Shown here: positions 14,981 to 29,371 of the stretch, in pieces
How positions within the stretch are numbered: the first letter of the stretch is position 1
Layout of the letters: every line of letters starts with the position of its first letter
Origin: Azolla caroliniana
Lineage: Eukaryota > Plantae > Polypodiophyta
NCBI GenBank assembly: GCA_043228905.1
Contig: JBHGNT010000001.1
Coordinates: 28,644,001 to 28,708,000 of the forward strand
DNA length: 64,000 nucleotides
Direction of reading: 5' to 3'
Notes under the pieces: model-generated
Databases searched by the model: none
What the model saw: only the letters and a program-made list of their open reading frames with translations
Told to the model about the DNA's origin: nothing
Made by a program: the position numbers and the translations under genes

Positions 14981-17900
14981 CTTCTTCTAATCACACGGGT
15001 GTGCCTGCTATGTTAAATGGTATTAGGTTTAGATTCCTGCCTCCTTCCACCCAACCCCCCCCCCTCCTGTTCAAAGTGATGTGATAAAGATTTAACATTA
15101 TACTACTGCTACTTTCTCATCCTTTTATGGCAGATGATGACTCTGTTCTCTTCTATCTCCCACCCCCTGCCTTCCTTCATTCAATGGTTGGTTCATTCTT
15201 AGTGCCCTGCTGCTGCAGGGGGCTGCTAACCCACCTCTCACCTGCTTCCACCCAACTCTCCCAGCTTTCAAGAAAATGTATATATTATGAGCCACCCCTC
15301 CCCATTGTTTCTGGACTTACCACCACATACATGTGTTCAAACACCACCATCAGGACACACTCGATAGCTCCCTCGCCCAGCATTCGTTCGATACGTATGA
15401 TCCCAACTTTAGAAGAGAGCTACTAATGGAAACATGTCCACACACACGCACACGCAACCAACCAACCAACCACTAAGACTTTATTTCCAAACCTCGCATT
15501 AAGAACTATCGAGAGAAACCTCGTTCGAGATCATCATTTTTAGGCTTAGAAATCATCCCAAGAAGCCATGAGACTTTTCAATTGATTGAAATGACCGAGA
15601 CAGACATGTTGTCTACCATAGGAACTATCTCGACAAATTGTAAGCTTTTTCAAATGTTGAATCTTGGTTTTTGCCAATTTGTGGTATACGTAATGCATAA
15701 ACTAGTAGTACATCACCCTTCTTTAGGCTAGCTTGTAAATGTTTGTACAAAATGTGTATATGCATATGTCGTTTCACAATATAGAAACTATACAATTAAC
15801 TTTCTCGTCAATTGATTCACGTTGTCCAACAAATTGTCGTATTTGTATACTGTCTCGTCGCACTTCTTTGGGCTCGTAAAAGCTACCTTGCCATTATGCA
15901 AAGTGTCATACTTGTAAATGAAAATAAGCAAATATAGATCAAGAAAAGCAATTTATGCATATTGTGATGGCAAACTTGAACAAACTCAAGAAACAATACC
16001 CTATAGCCGCTTTTCTAACATGACCTTTTAAACGTAATAAATTAATTTGTCACACTTTGTTAGACTTTTAAAGTTAGTTCAAAAATATGTAAAATAATGA
16101 ACTTCTAATCAAAAGAGAGTGATAGAAAATAACAATGATATTTCATAAACATTGTATTGGGTAGGTTTGGACATTGCACATATAGACCCTACTCGAGTTT
16201 CCCATTAGCTCCAAAGAGAAAAATACGTGCCTTCCTATCTTATTATGTTGATCTACGTTAGCATGTACTAAATCCATCTCTCCTCGTTGGGCGAGTAAAA
16301 GTTAGCACAACATTGTGAAAAATTGTGCGAGCTCGTTATTTGAATAATGATTTATAAAACAAGAATGTCAATTAATGAATATGGAGTTGGTAGGTTGGGA
16401 GCACATAGAGAACATGCCCCTTAATTTGCCCTTTTCAAAGGAGATATTTCAAAATAATCAACGAGTTATGGACCATGGTCATGTGTTTTTATATGCATTA
16501 GGATCAGCAATCAATTGGATAAGTTCATGTGATTAATGCTTACAACTTCAAGAGAGGGAAATTCAATTTTCATTTTGTGAAAATGATGACCAACTCTACA
16601 TTAAGTATACTTTTGAGAGGGAGATGATGATGACATAATGATTGGTGGGGAAGGGGGGGACATGACCGAGAGGGGTATTTTTAAATGGTATAACAAAAAG
16701 TAAAAGTAAAAGTAAAGCTAAAATGAAAAACTAATGTTTTTCTTTATTTCACAATTTTGATCTTTCGTGAGTTTGGCTCCTAGGTCGAGTATACAAGCAA
16801 ATAACATTCCTAGTGTTGTTGAGGATGATTCCATCCTCATTAGAATATCTTGAAAGCTAGTACAAGCTGGTAAGAAATGTGGAAAATCATGCAAGATAAC
16901 CTCATATGTAAGCCATTCCAAAGTGACATATTGTTTTGTTCCTCATATGTGGAAGCAACCTTAGGTCATGCCTTCTCTTTTTTCTACTCAAAATTCAGCA
17001 ACCCCAAATTTCTATTTTTGATGTGTGTTAGCAAGTGTCCACTAGTGTCATGGCACACCATCCATAAAAAATGCTAGTATTGAGTATTAATGTGGTAGTT
17101 ACAATCATTCTTAAACTTAGGTCCATGTTGACATGTTCTTGTTTCATGGGAAGGGCTTCCAATGAGGTTGAGTAAAACATGAAGTCATTTTCTAGTTGTC
17201 CCACCCAACATGACACTATACACGAACATCTACTAGTTTGTGTGTGTCGATATATTGTATGGTTAGTGTAATGATGAAGGAGTGCTCATAAGGTGACTTG
17301 TATGCATGCATGTCTTCCATAGAGAGGTATATTGTCCTCAAGGAGTTCAACACAAGCTATGGGGCGCTTGGATTATATATACTCTTATCTCTTTTCATTG
17401 CTCTTTCTTATTCTTTACTCTCACTCGCTTATGTGGGCTTCCATTCTCCATAATTATATCCTTGTTCCACACATATTAATCAACTGTGGGAACTCCAATT
17501 TATTCAACTTCAACAAGTATTAGCAATCGCTTTCTCGCGAATAAAAGATAGAGTCCCATTCTACACGTTCAATGAGTGTACTGTGTAACATTACAAATCT
17601 CAGTAGAAAGGAAATTATCCATTGGTTTTTTAACTACGAGGGTTCAAGCCCCTTTATCCTTGATGAGACAATATAAAGAAGAAAATTGATATTTTATAGA
17701 TCAAATAGGTTTTTAGATCAATGTGCCTCTATTAAGAGGTATAGCTATTCATGTGTCCACTTAAACTTCGATTGCTTACGGAAAATTAAACTATTAAATC
17801 ACTTCAATAGCTTGAGTGGGTCATGTACCTTGCATACATTGTTGCTTTTGAGGTGGAGGGCTTCCAATAAGAATTGATTACACAAGCTAGTTACCAACAT

Positions 17901-18085
17901 TATTATACTATGTGTAACACCCCCATTATATTATCAGAAGCTTGTAGGATACATAGCATGTTATCTTGGGGCATCAATAGACGACTTGAGGATTTGTGAG
18001 AAGCAGAAATGTGCAAGCAATGCCTAAGATCACCACCCTCTTTGAATTAAAACAGCTCTGTCTCTCTGTCTCTCTCATTAGTGTA

Positions 18086-18340
18086 TGTTGCCTACTTTCT
18101 CTTGTTTAGCTTAAGCACCCTCTAATCGTCATGTGCCTATCTCTACGCACTCCTTGTTCCGACCATTTGGTCCTAGTAAGACAACTTGAGAATTTGTGAG
18201 AAGGGTGGAAATGTTGCCTACTTTCTCTTGTTTAGCTTAAGCATCATCTAATCGTCGTGTGCCTATCCCTACGCACTCCTTGTTCCGACCATTTGGTCCT
18301 AGTAAGACGACTTGAGAATTTGTGAGAAGGGTGGAAATGT
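18086..18340. repeat. ~126-bp tandem direct repeat (2 copies)
   Basis: tgttgcctactttctcttgtttagcttaagca...cttgagaatttgtgagaagggtggaaatg occurs twice. Confidence 0.85.
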
Positions 18341-20200
18341 GCAAGCAATACCACGAAGGGGGAGGATGATTTGATGGCAATGTTGATGAATGTTTGTGGG
18401 AATTGAGTGAGTATGTTGGCACATGTTTGTGTTCCTGGTGCTTATCTTATTCCTAGTTTGCATGGATACACGTGCAAATATGCTTTCCATGTGTGTGATA
18501 AATTATAATATGTTGTACGTGTGGGTGAAATGTGAGCATCTCCATATGTAAGTGAGTATTTGTGATTTATTTGGGGTTCATGTGAAGGTGTACTTTTGAT
18601 GGTGTGGGTGTTTTAACGTGCACATATTACAAGGAGTGTAGGAAGTTGTGTGGATTTAGCTGACTTCTTCGTGCGTAGGCGTGCTCTTATCGTGTAGTTG
18701 TAGAATCTGTTATATTTTAGACATGTGTTTACACTTAGATTCGTGGTTGCACGTGTTTGTATTTGACATGTGCAAGTACATATTTGTAATTGTGAATATG
18801 TATTTTTCTGTTGCTAGTAACATTTTTGCTATGTGTGTGTGCAAATAAAGTTCCCCCACCTTAGGTTCCAGGGTGTAAAGGGGAAGGTTTGGGTGTGTGT
18901 TTTCGTGTCTCTTTTAAGTAGAGAGGGGAAAGACGAAACAATGTGAACTCTAGTCTTGGTGTTAAGCTTAGAGTCAAGTAGAGGACCAATGATGAGGTCT
19001 AACATCGACCTCCTCGTTTGTGGTAGATGTTAAATGCCTAGAAAACCCACATGTTAAAAATGAGTTTCTAGCAAATCAAAACAACCCAAATTACATCATA
19101 TGCAAGTGCTGCTACATAAGACGAGAAGACTCAAGAGATAAGAATAAATTCATTACGATGTGATTCCATTTGTCAATCAACACATGGGCTCTTTGAATCC
19201 CAAGACTATGAAATCCAATAATGGGCTTTATGTCGAATACGGGCTTATAATGGCCGTATTCACACTGTCCCATTGCACTCAATAGGTTTTGGCCATATAT
19301 GTTAAATATTGCAAAGGGAAGTTGCCCTAGTTCACTTCATATATAAATTGAACTTATAACCTAGTCCAAGATGATGTTGAGAGTTTTGTGCCATGTTGTA
19401 ACTTCTTGAATAATACAATTACACTACTTTGTGCCTCTTTGTGTGTCATTGCCTATTTTCCTCTATCTTGACCTTGCTTCTGCTACAATTGCCTTTATAT
19501 TCTTGTAAATTTGTTCTTGTTGACTTTGGTAACAATCAACTTCAAAGATCTTCACCTTACAGGGCGTTGGTTTTGTTCCGCATTGACGACTATGCTTACA
19601 ACACTTTATTGGTCATTGTATAGGTTTTCAAGAGGTATCTTTACAAACAAAAACAACATGTTATCTACAATGCTCTTGACAATACACCCGTCTGTATCTT
19701 TGCATGGGCGTATGGCTTCGCATTCGTTGCATGTTTCTTTTGCTGTTACTTAATTCGTTACAGGAAACATATATTTCGATTCAAGTTTGGAGACCCTTTT
19801 TTTGTTTTGTTTTTGAGTGACTTAGGATTCGAGGTGTGCAGATGTTATATTTTTCATTCTTCGAAGGAGTTATTCTGATGATGGATCGGATCGATCCCAA
19901 GCTAATAATCGTAAAGCATGCCAAAATATCCGCGATGTTCTCTGTTTCACACATGCAAAACAGCATGCTACGAGAACAGAAAGATGTGATGATCAAATCG
20001 GTCCCGCCCTAAGGATCAAGCGGCACTTTAGTTCGATCAGGGAGGCGGGTCCATGGACACCACCACTACCAATGAGTTATATACATATGTCTATATACGT
20101 ACATATAGACAGACAGACTAGATAGGTAATACATATGTATAACAGTATATGTATGCTTGAACCCAAGTGTGATGAAAATTGCCACTTTGCCTTCTTGGCT

Positions 20201-23200
20201 ATGGCGATGATGGCCGTGCCCCTGCACCCCTCCTCCTCACCATTAGCAGGGAAAGAGCTATCCCCAAGCTGCTTCTTTGGCATTCTCTCCCCATCCGTTC
20301 TCTATCGGAGCCCCCCCACTGCTCACATCAAGCTGCTCCTTTCTCCAATCAGCAAGAAGAACGAGGTGGAGGAGAAGAAGCAGCAGGAACATGGGGAGGA
20401 GCAGGGGCAGAGACGAAGTGGAAGAAGAAGATGATCCCTTATTCGAGAAGGCCCAGCCTTCAGTACTTCAGCGGACACGTGAAGAAACACCGGTATCTCC
20501 CACCGAGGAACCCTTCCCACCAGCTCGGGAGCAGGCATGGTGGCGGCGGTGATCGAGAAGCTCATACCCAGCATTCACAGAATACGATCTCCATGATGAA
20601 GATAATTGAGAAGCTGCGTGGCATCATGGAGGTTAAAGAATTAGGTAAATCAGAGTCACATATCGAAGAGGAGGACAAAGCAGATGAAATGTCATTGCCT
20701 CACGAGTGGCATTCTGCAGGAGAGCTTTTTCTTCCAAGGCCTGATACCGATTTATTTTCTCTTGGAAGATTCTGGAGTGCACCAAAAGATCAGGTCTTCC
20801 CATGGGAGCTTCATGACACCACAATGGAGAAGAAATTAGAAAAGGAAGAGAGAATCAAGAGGGTAAATGCACCCACCCTCGCTGACCTCATCATTCCTCC
20901 TCCTGAATTGAAACGACTTCGTACTCTTGGTATCTCATTGCAAAATCCAGTGAAGGTCGGGCGGTTAGGGATCACAAGCAATATCGCACATAGTATCATG
21001 CAAAGATGGCGCCATTCTGAGCTTGTCAAAGTCAAATGCCAAGGACCAGCTGCGGAGAATATGCTGAAAATACATAGAGATTTAGAGGTGAGTTCTTCCT
21101 TTATATCCCGCTGCTTACAATGTCAACAGTCGGAGATGATGATTTTATGCTATGCATTCTGTTATGCTTATAGTTATATCTGACAAGTCCGATTCTTCAT
21201 TTTTTTCTTTTTAAAACCAGAGGAGGACTGGAGGCTCAGTCGTTTGGAGATCTGGGAGTGTTGCAGTGATTTCGACATTGCAAACAATGTCTCCAGCAGC
21301 TTGGAAAGCAAGTTAGAGAGTTTCATCACTCATGGAAAACCGTTCGAGTTAACTGATGCAAGTGTGCATGAGGTCAGTGGAATTACAATTGATCCTCATT
21401 TTGAATCAAGTGGTATGCAGATGAAGAACATAACAGGAGTTAAGCAGGGTAATGATGCTGCCACGAATGAAGGCAATGTTTTTGTCATTGCACAGCGCCT
21501 CAGAATGTTAAATGTTCGACCAAATCCTTTTATTGAAATAGAACATGAAATGGAAATCGATGGTATCTTAGAAAGTGTGGGACCTCGGTACAAGGGATGG
21601 GAAGGCTTGCAGCCAGCCCCAGTTGATGCAGACCTTCTTCCTTCTGAGATTCCTGATTACAGGCCTCCACACAGACTTCTTCCTTATGGGGTTGAACCGA
21701 AACTAATGAATTATGAGGTAACCAATCTTCGCAGGTTTATCAGACACATTGCCCCTCATTTTGCATTAGGTATTCCTTCTAAGAAATGCAACCTTTCAAG
21801 TACCTGAAGCTGTGATGTTTCTGCACATGGGACTTGCACTAGTAGTGTGGACAAGTGTTAATATTTACTAAGGGGCATCATACCGCTGGTTTTGGCAACT
21901 CAATTTGTGCAGTGTTTGTGTTTCTTACCCAAAATTACTGAGATGTTTTTGGATCATTAGAGAGGATTTCTACATATTTCACAAGAAGCAAGTTATTTAA
22001 TATCCTAAAATCCTTTAAAGCATAGGATGAAAATGAGTTGGTGTTTTAATTATGGCGCTACATGAACCAGAGAATATGAAGTTAAAAAAACGATGTTTGT
22101 AATTTTGATAATGGATCCTCAAGATTATCATGTAAATGCTTATCATGTGTAGTTGATGAACATGGAAACGTTTTGCCAGTATATATTTTGTATTTTACAA
22201 CATGAAAAAATAATCTTGTTCTCCATGTAACTTGATGTTTTGCCATCTTAATTTGACCAATCTTTCCTGTATTTTAATGAAGGTAGCAACACTGGTCTTC
22301 AAGGTCTTGCTGCTGGTATACTGAAATTATGGGAAAAGAGTGAAGTTGTGAAGATTGGTTTGAAGAAAAATGTACGAAACATGAACAATGAAACAATGGC
22401 CGAAGAGCTAAAGGTCAGCCATGCCATGTATTTATCACCTTTGAGGTTTTAAGAATTTAAAGTTTTACTTTTGCTTATTTGAAGACAGGAGGGGATGGTT
22501 ACTTTTGTAAATGCTGAAATTAAATTCATACTCAATGATATTTGTCTCCCTTATTGCCACATGGGAGATGTAGTATCAATGAATGTCAAGCAGGTATGTA
22601 CCATAATCAATCACTGGAAACCTGCCATACTGCGATTAATCTAGGTCTGGGAAGACTGATGATATGATTTACGTCACAACATTTGGAACAGGGATTTTGA
22701 ACTCATAACTAGTAAGATATGTTAATGGGATAATGTGTTACTGGGCAAAGAATTAGTGTTTGTGCATACTACCTCCTTTCCAGATCCCAGTTTGACTGCA
22801 TCATTTGTACACGAAATAGTTTCCACATGCGTTACATCCTCAAAAACCCGAGCCTCAATAATATTATAGTGGAACTATGCAAGTTTATAGTTGCTCCGCA
22901 AGTATCTACACAAACTACTGGAGCATGGTATGTGAATTCAAGCCCCAACATGTCTACAATTATCCTAATTCACCAATACATTCCTTGGAATGTTGTAAAT
23001 TTAGGGAAATTTGAATCCAGGTTAATAAAGGTACAGCTTTCTATCAGGGCGATTCCCAGAGAGGGAGCGATATTTTTAACATTCTCAAGAGACCAATTGA
23101 TATCTATAAGATGGGCATACCCAAAGAGAGGGATAGAGTTTTTAACATCCTCAAGAGACCAATTGAGATCTATAAGATGGGCCCAGGCATCAACAAGGAC

Positions 23201-24085
23201 GCTTCAAGTATACATGAAGGCAAAATGATGCGTTAACCATCAAGGTGTGGGTGATATTATTATAAATTTGTTTAGCAAGGACTTGCACAATATCTGTCAA
23301 ACACCATATCTTCTGAATTATTTTATCCATTATCCATCTCTTGAACAATTCTGAATATGTGGCGCCCATTTAAAGGAAAATGATCAATCTTTATTTTCTT
23401 GTCTTTAATCCTGTGCCAATACGTTTCATGTGCTTGTTGCTGGGGGTACATCCCACTTTTTTGACTTTTGATGCATTTTTAGATAATTGTTTAATTAATA
23501 CATCCCACTTTTGATGGACAATCAGAGTATGTAAAGAAAGTAAATATCCTTATAAATTAAAACTGATAGTCCAGGCATATCCTGACAAAAGCATTCATTA
23601 CATGCTTCCATATGATATGATCTATATCCAGTAAGGGTTCAAAGTAGTTAGAAGAATATATATATCATTGCAAATTTTAGGTAAATGGTTGCACACATTA
23701 CATAGTGCTGTATAACCTCATTTGTGGTCTTTAGGAAAACGCTTTGTATCTCTGCGTTGTGCATATACTTCGTTCTTACTGATTTGTCTATCTTTCAGAG
23801 TTTCTCAAATTGCTATATTTATAATAGAATTAATAAAACCTTTTGCTCTTCATAATTTTTGCCTTGGAAACAGAGAATGTTGGCTGGGATTTGGTCGACA
23901 ATAAGTCCTGTTATAGAAGCGACATGATTTGTTCTGATATAGAGATGGCAGACAATGAAGATGACGAGGATAGTGAAACAGACGACGATGATGCTGAGAA
24001 CTACTTTAGTCAGTTGTTAGATACTGAAGGTAAATCAACTTATCAAATTAGTGATGATGTAGAAGAAGTCCTTCATCAACAATGA
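20201..24085 (+). pseudogene. CRM-domain splicing factor pseudogene (copy of 29372-35289)
   Basis: Exons 1-3 and the last exon are retained. There is a frameshifting indel near 20340 and a 16-bp deletion between GCAGTG repeats near 21265. Exons 4-8 are lost. Confidence 0.88.
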
Positions 24086-25633
24086 GTGGTGTGAATTGAT
24101 TGAAGTGAATGACATCAATCTCAGATGACAAATATGGTATTGGTGACGAGTGAGTGAAGGGTTCAGGCGATGGTTACTTTTGTGAATGCTGAAATTAAAT
24201 TCATACCGGATGATATTTGGTGAAGGGTTCAGGTGATGGTTACTTTTGTGAATGCTGAAATTAAATTCATACTGGATGATATTTGACTCCTTTATTGCCA
24301 CGGGGGAGATGTAATATCAATGAATGTCAAGCAGGTATGTAACATAATCAATCACTGGAAACCTGCCATACTGCAATTAATCTAGTTCTGGGAAGATTGA
24401 GGATATGATTTACGTCACAACATTTGGAAGAGGGGTTGAACTCATAGCTTGAATGGGCCTAGACATCAACAAGGACCCTTCAAGTTTACATGAAGGCAAA
24501 ATGATACATTACCCATCATGCACAATATTATAAATTTGTTTAGCAAGGTCTTGCACAATATCTGTCAAACACCATATCTTCTGAAGTATTTTGTCTGTAA
24601 TCCATCCCTTGAACCATTCTGAATATGTAACACCCAGTTAAAGGAAAATGATCGATCTTTATTTTCTTGTCTTTAATCCTCTGCAAATACGTTTCATGTG
24701 ATAATTGACATTTGCTGCATGTTTAGTTTATTATTATTATTATTTCTTTACATACTCTGATTGTCCATCAATTACATTTTTGGCTACAGTAGGTCTGAGT
24801 CGTATTTGTTAGATATGAGGCAATGATATCTCCAAATTCAAGAGATGTAATCATATCAGCTTGCTCATTCATTTAATTAAGAAGAGCCATGTTGTATTGC
24901 CATTTTAGGGAGATCTCAATAAAACATAACGATTAAACTTATTTTCATCCTCAAAATGGGCACAGTTACAACAAGCACTTCATAACCAAGGGCAAGTGCA
25001 TCTTTTGTTCATACTGTGTAGGTTGGAGAGGATGTGCCATTCAAACAAGTGAAGTTCTTGTGATGCTTGAGCAAGAACACCCTTTGTCTGCTGAAGAATG
25101 TTAACATATTCTAGAAGTTAGGAAGTGATATGGTTCACCTACTTTATCCCAAACATAACCTCACAAGTACTACAGTACATATGCTACATTTCTGGCACAG
25201 ACCATAGAGACATAAACACTTGCAGATTCTATGGTTTTTGTATGTTGACAACACTGGCAATATAACAAAAAGATGTGTTAGTTAGGTTTGTATCCTGGCA
25301 TAGATCTAAAGGCAATGATGTCTAGCACTTTAAAAGCAATCAGTGAATTTTGAATCCCATTTCATGGATTCATAGGTCACGAATCACCTCCAATTAAAAT
25401 CCAATGATTAAAATTTAAAAAGGAAATTCAAAAATAAATTTGAATTAAAATACATAAAAAAAAAAGAGTGGAGTTATATGAAACAGCTGAAAAGGAACAT
25501 CAACATACTTCCGTCATGAGAGAAGTTAAGATCATACATAACACTCATCATGAAATTGCTTTATGAAATATCATGAAAAACTTTCTGATTATATATGAGT
25601 CTATGACCATGTGTGATAGTGTATGGTAAACAT

Positions 25634-26191
25634 CACAGTTTTAGTACAGGTGCCTCGAGATCTGGTCTTTCACTTCTGAAGTATATTTTCATGCGAAGGA
25701 AGTAAAATAAAAAACAAAAGGTGAGACTGATATCCAATTTTAGAGAAAGAAATCAATTTGATTTTAACTTCATGTAGCCATGAAAAACACAAAGCACAAT
25801 ATACGTACTTGAAAGCATTTGGATATAGAGCACTGAGCCGAGCTTTCAAACTTCTGAAAGAAAAGATAGACGAAACCTAGCTCCCTGGTTGCTGTCTTGA
25901 TAATGCAGAGTCTACCTTAAAAAAAGTGTATTGCCTGATGCGTGCACAAATGTATTCCAAATCCTCTTTCATGAATTTCACCAGCTTTGTGTTTTTTGAG
26001 AAATCAATTGCAACAGCAGCAAAGCTCCAACACAAAGCTGGTGAAATCCATGAAAGAGGATTTGGAATACATTTTCGCACGCATCAGGCAATACACTTTT
26101 TTGAGAAATCAATTGCAACAGCAGCAAAGCTCCTTTCAGAAAAATCATTGAGATGTGACAGCGCTGCATTGCTGTCCTGTAATCTTCCAAG
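25634..26191 (-). pseudogene. KXD1 pseudogene (exons 2-4 only)
   Basis: Matches 37347-37811. Exon 1 is deleted, exon 2 is disrupted by an inverted duplication, and exon 4 has a 12-bp deletion. Confidence 0.87.
25920..26102. repeat. 74-bp inverted repeat with a 35-nt loop
   Basis: Arms 25920-25993 and 26029-26102 are reverse complements with 3 mismatches. Confidence 0.93.
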
Positions 26192-28129
26192 CCTGCAACG
26201 AAATCATGAATCCTCTTAATGCAAGAAATGAATATCTTCACTATTCTGACTGAATTTCATGCTTCATGCAGAAATTGAGATCAAGATTTACTGTGTCAAA
26301 GACGCATAACAATTTATGATGAACTCAAGAAAATCCAAAGGGATGGGAATGAAGGGATCAACGATAAAAGACCTAAATTTAAAGATTTTATGATGACGAA
26401 GGAATATAGGACAACCATTGCTAAAAAGTAATTGCTTACAAAGTCAAATGCACTATCCACGGGAATACTAATGAATACTTTGAATTCTAAAATGCAACAG
26501 GGATTTCTCTACTTGGGTATAAGAAAAGAAGGAATTCATACTAGGATATTGGGGATACGATGGACGGCTACATTAATCCATGTAGATCCCATCATTCTTT
26601 TCAAATCCAAACATCATTCCCCACAGGACCGTAATCTGAATGCATAACTGTGGAGACCATCTCAATCTGTAGATCAATGTAGTGCAAGAAAGCCAACCAG
26701 AACACGTCTCTGACAACCAATATAAAAGGAAGTCTCACAAACATTTCACGTATTGGAGGCTACATCTCTTACAAACAACCTGACCATCTGGAAGATCTGA
26801 AGGAAACCCCTGCAAAATAGCTGGCGGGGACATCAATGGCAACACTTCAGGAAATGTCATCATATATGGCAATCAAATCTCCATCAAATGAAGAAGTAAA
26901 CATCTACAGCAAGTAAGAGCAGACTGGTTCCACATCCAAACAGATTATGAGGATGATCAATTAGCTGTCAGTCCTGAGAAAAAAGGTAAGCTGATATAGA
27001 GCATCACAAACAACTGATGAAACCAGAGTAAAAAACTTCCAGTGGGCAGTAAGATGTCAATTTCACCTCTGATTTAAGATATACTTATGATTTTATATAA
27101 ATAAAGAAAAATATACTTAAAATTTTCACTTGTTATGATTCAATTTCAGATCAAGGAAGTGTGATTGGTCCTGAACAAAAAAATTCACAACTTTCCTTTG
27201 AAGATGGTTGTATGCCAACATATCCATGGATTGTAATCTCCCTTGCATTAGATGACAATTGGTACAACCCTGAAACACTAGAAATCCAATGCAGGGAAAA
27301 AAACCTATAAGTAACAATGTGCTTTCTAGAAAATCCCATGTTACATGTCACCTGAGAGAGCCATGGGCTGATCCGACTGCCCAGATCCTTATTGTTACAT
27401 AGTGCTCCAACTAGGATGAGGACTTCCTCATTTTTACAAAGTTCTTCATCCTGAGTGAAACACCACATAGATCCAAAGAGGATCACATGTCCCATGAAGG
27501 CAATGTGTTTAGACAACAAGAGAGGGAGATTATTAAAGAGCAACATGTTCTTGTCAAAGGGGCTCATTTAGACATCTAGCTCAAGCTTCATATAGTAATG
27601 CATAATGTACTCATGAAAGGATCATATGCTCATGTAATAAAATTGTGAATTGAAGACAAGCATGCTAACCACTTAGGCATACATACTTTGGACAAAGCAC
27701 AAGCTTGACAAGTATACAACAAGCATGCAACGAGAAAGCTTTAATAACCCATGCACCATGCTAAAATATGAGCTCTTGCTTCGAGGAATGGTCATATTAT
27801 GATTAGAAGTAGTTTGTGTTCAAATATGAATATACATCTTAGAGAAGACCACACCTTCATGACAAGAAGCCCAAAGATCTAACAAAGCGCATGTGATCAC
27901 TCCAACACAAACCTTTAAGGAGATGGTCATTTCTTCATACGACAAGCACAATCAAAAGTAACTAGATGCTAACACATTCTCAAATAAAAACAAACGTGCA
28001 TAATAAGCTAACAATTTGTAATCCAACAATGAGCACCTATCACATTTACCCACTTAGGCAATTTGAATTATGGTGATCAGAATGCTATTATAATATAGAG
28101 TAATTGTAGCACAATTGTATGATTGAGTT

Positions 28130-28760
28130 CAAATGCTAATTCAAAATGGAAAATGGTTTCTTGAAGTATTTCTTGAGGAAAATGGGGTTCGGCCAAGGAT
28201 ATCCACTACATCCGAAACTCTTTGGTCTATGCATTGATAAACAAGAAGAAATAGTAAATGATGTTGCAAAATAAGAAGGTTTAGATGGCCCAAAACTCGT
28301 GCAAGAGTTGAATATTATACTCATAAAAGTTGATGATGTTGTGCTATTCTCATATACCACATATGCTATGCAAAAGTTTATTGCTGTATTGGAAAACATC
28401 ATGTCAAATCATTTGTAAGATAATTGTCAATATTGACAAAACAAAATAGTGGCAATAAATGCAATACAACCAAAAAACTAGCCCAGTCCTACATACAAGG
28501 GAGAACCAACTCAAGTGGTGCAAACTTCAAATATCTTGTTACTAATGTCCAATCGAGAAATAGCTCGAATGTATGCTACAAGTCTAGACTTTAATAAGGT
28601 TGGAGTAGTTACTATATGTTTAAGACCATTTGAAGCTATGGTACACCAAGTATTGCTTTATGGAATGAAAGTGTGGGATTGCTCCATCTCACTTAATCCA
28701 TTGAATGAAATGGACAAAATTAATTGGGAGTTAACTCCATAACATCCTATCGTGTCATGA
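28130..28760 (+). mobile_element. Degenerate RTE-like LINE RT fragment (duplicate of 59900-60572)
   Basis: Remnants of QGYPL..LFGLCID, FKYL and LLYGMKVW. Confidence 0.6.
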
Positions 28761-29040
28761 AACCAATCGATAACGCAACTCATTTAGAGCAATAATGAAA
28801 GTGATCACAACAAACCAGATGAGCTCTAGTGATGAGACATTGGCCCCAAGAAAACCTTTCCAAAACCTAATTCATCAAAAATTAAACTCGACTTTCACAT
28901 TTTACATTATCTCGGGGGAAAAAAGGTGTGAATACAAATTTTAGGATTTGGGCCCATTTACTAACCAATCAGGCCGGTCAAGGAAAGTATCGTAGAACAT
29001 CCTTGTGCCAGGTACATTTAGCTGCAAAATCAACTCCAAA
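28761..29040 (-). pseudogene. Lycopene epsilon-cyclase 3' fragment (parts of the last two exons plus the intron)
   Basis: Aligns with 61829-62106. Confidence 0.85.
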
Positions 29041-29371
29041 CTAATTATCGTAAAGCATGCCAAAATAACCGTGATGTTCTCCGTTTCACACATGCAACAA
29101 CATGGCAACGAGAACAGAAAGACGCGACGATCAAATCGGTCCCGCCCTAAGGATCAAGAGGCACTTAAGTTCGATCGGGGAGGCGGGTCCATGGACACCA
29201 CCGCTATCAGGAAACTTGCAAGCAACCAATGAGTTATATGTCTATATATGTACGTACATATAGACAGACAGATTAGATAGATAATATGTACATACATACA
29301 TATGATATACATACATACTATGTATGCTTGAACCCAAGTGTGATGAAAATTGCCACTTTGCCTTCTTGGCT

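Larger units (their letters stand above)
19897..29040 (+). repeat. Eroded segmental tandem duplicate (copy A) of 29036-62106
   Basis: Mostly collinear blocks, with one backward jump: 19897-22487 = 29036-31697; 22490-23470 = 35372-36340; 23540-24450 = 34750-35590; 24451-27384 = 36057-38941; 27385-27530 = 46772-46935; 27530-28760 = 59320-60572; 28761-29040 = 61829-62106. Confidence 0.92.

Noticed and set aside
19429-19760. Faint similarity to a gypsy integrase C-terminus (RIDDYAY)
   Set aside because: Too short and degenerate to support
22827-23228. 133-aa ORF, with a partial copy at 35704-35958
   Set aside because: Duplicated 3' flank; the frame is not preserved between copies and no domain is recognisable
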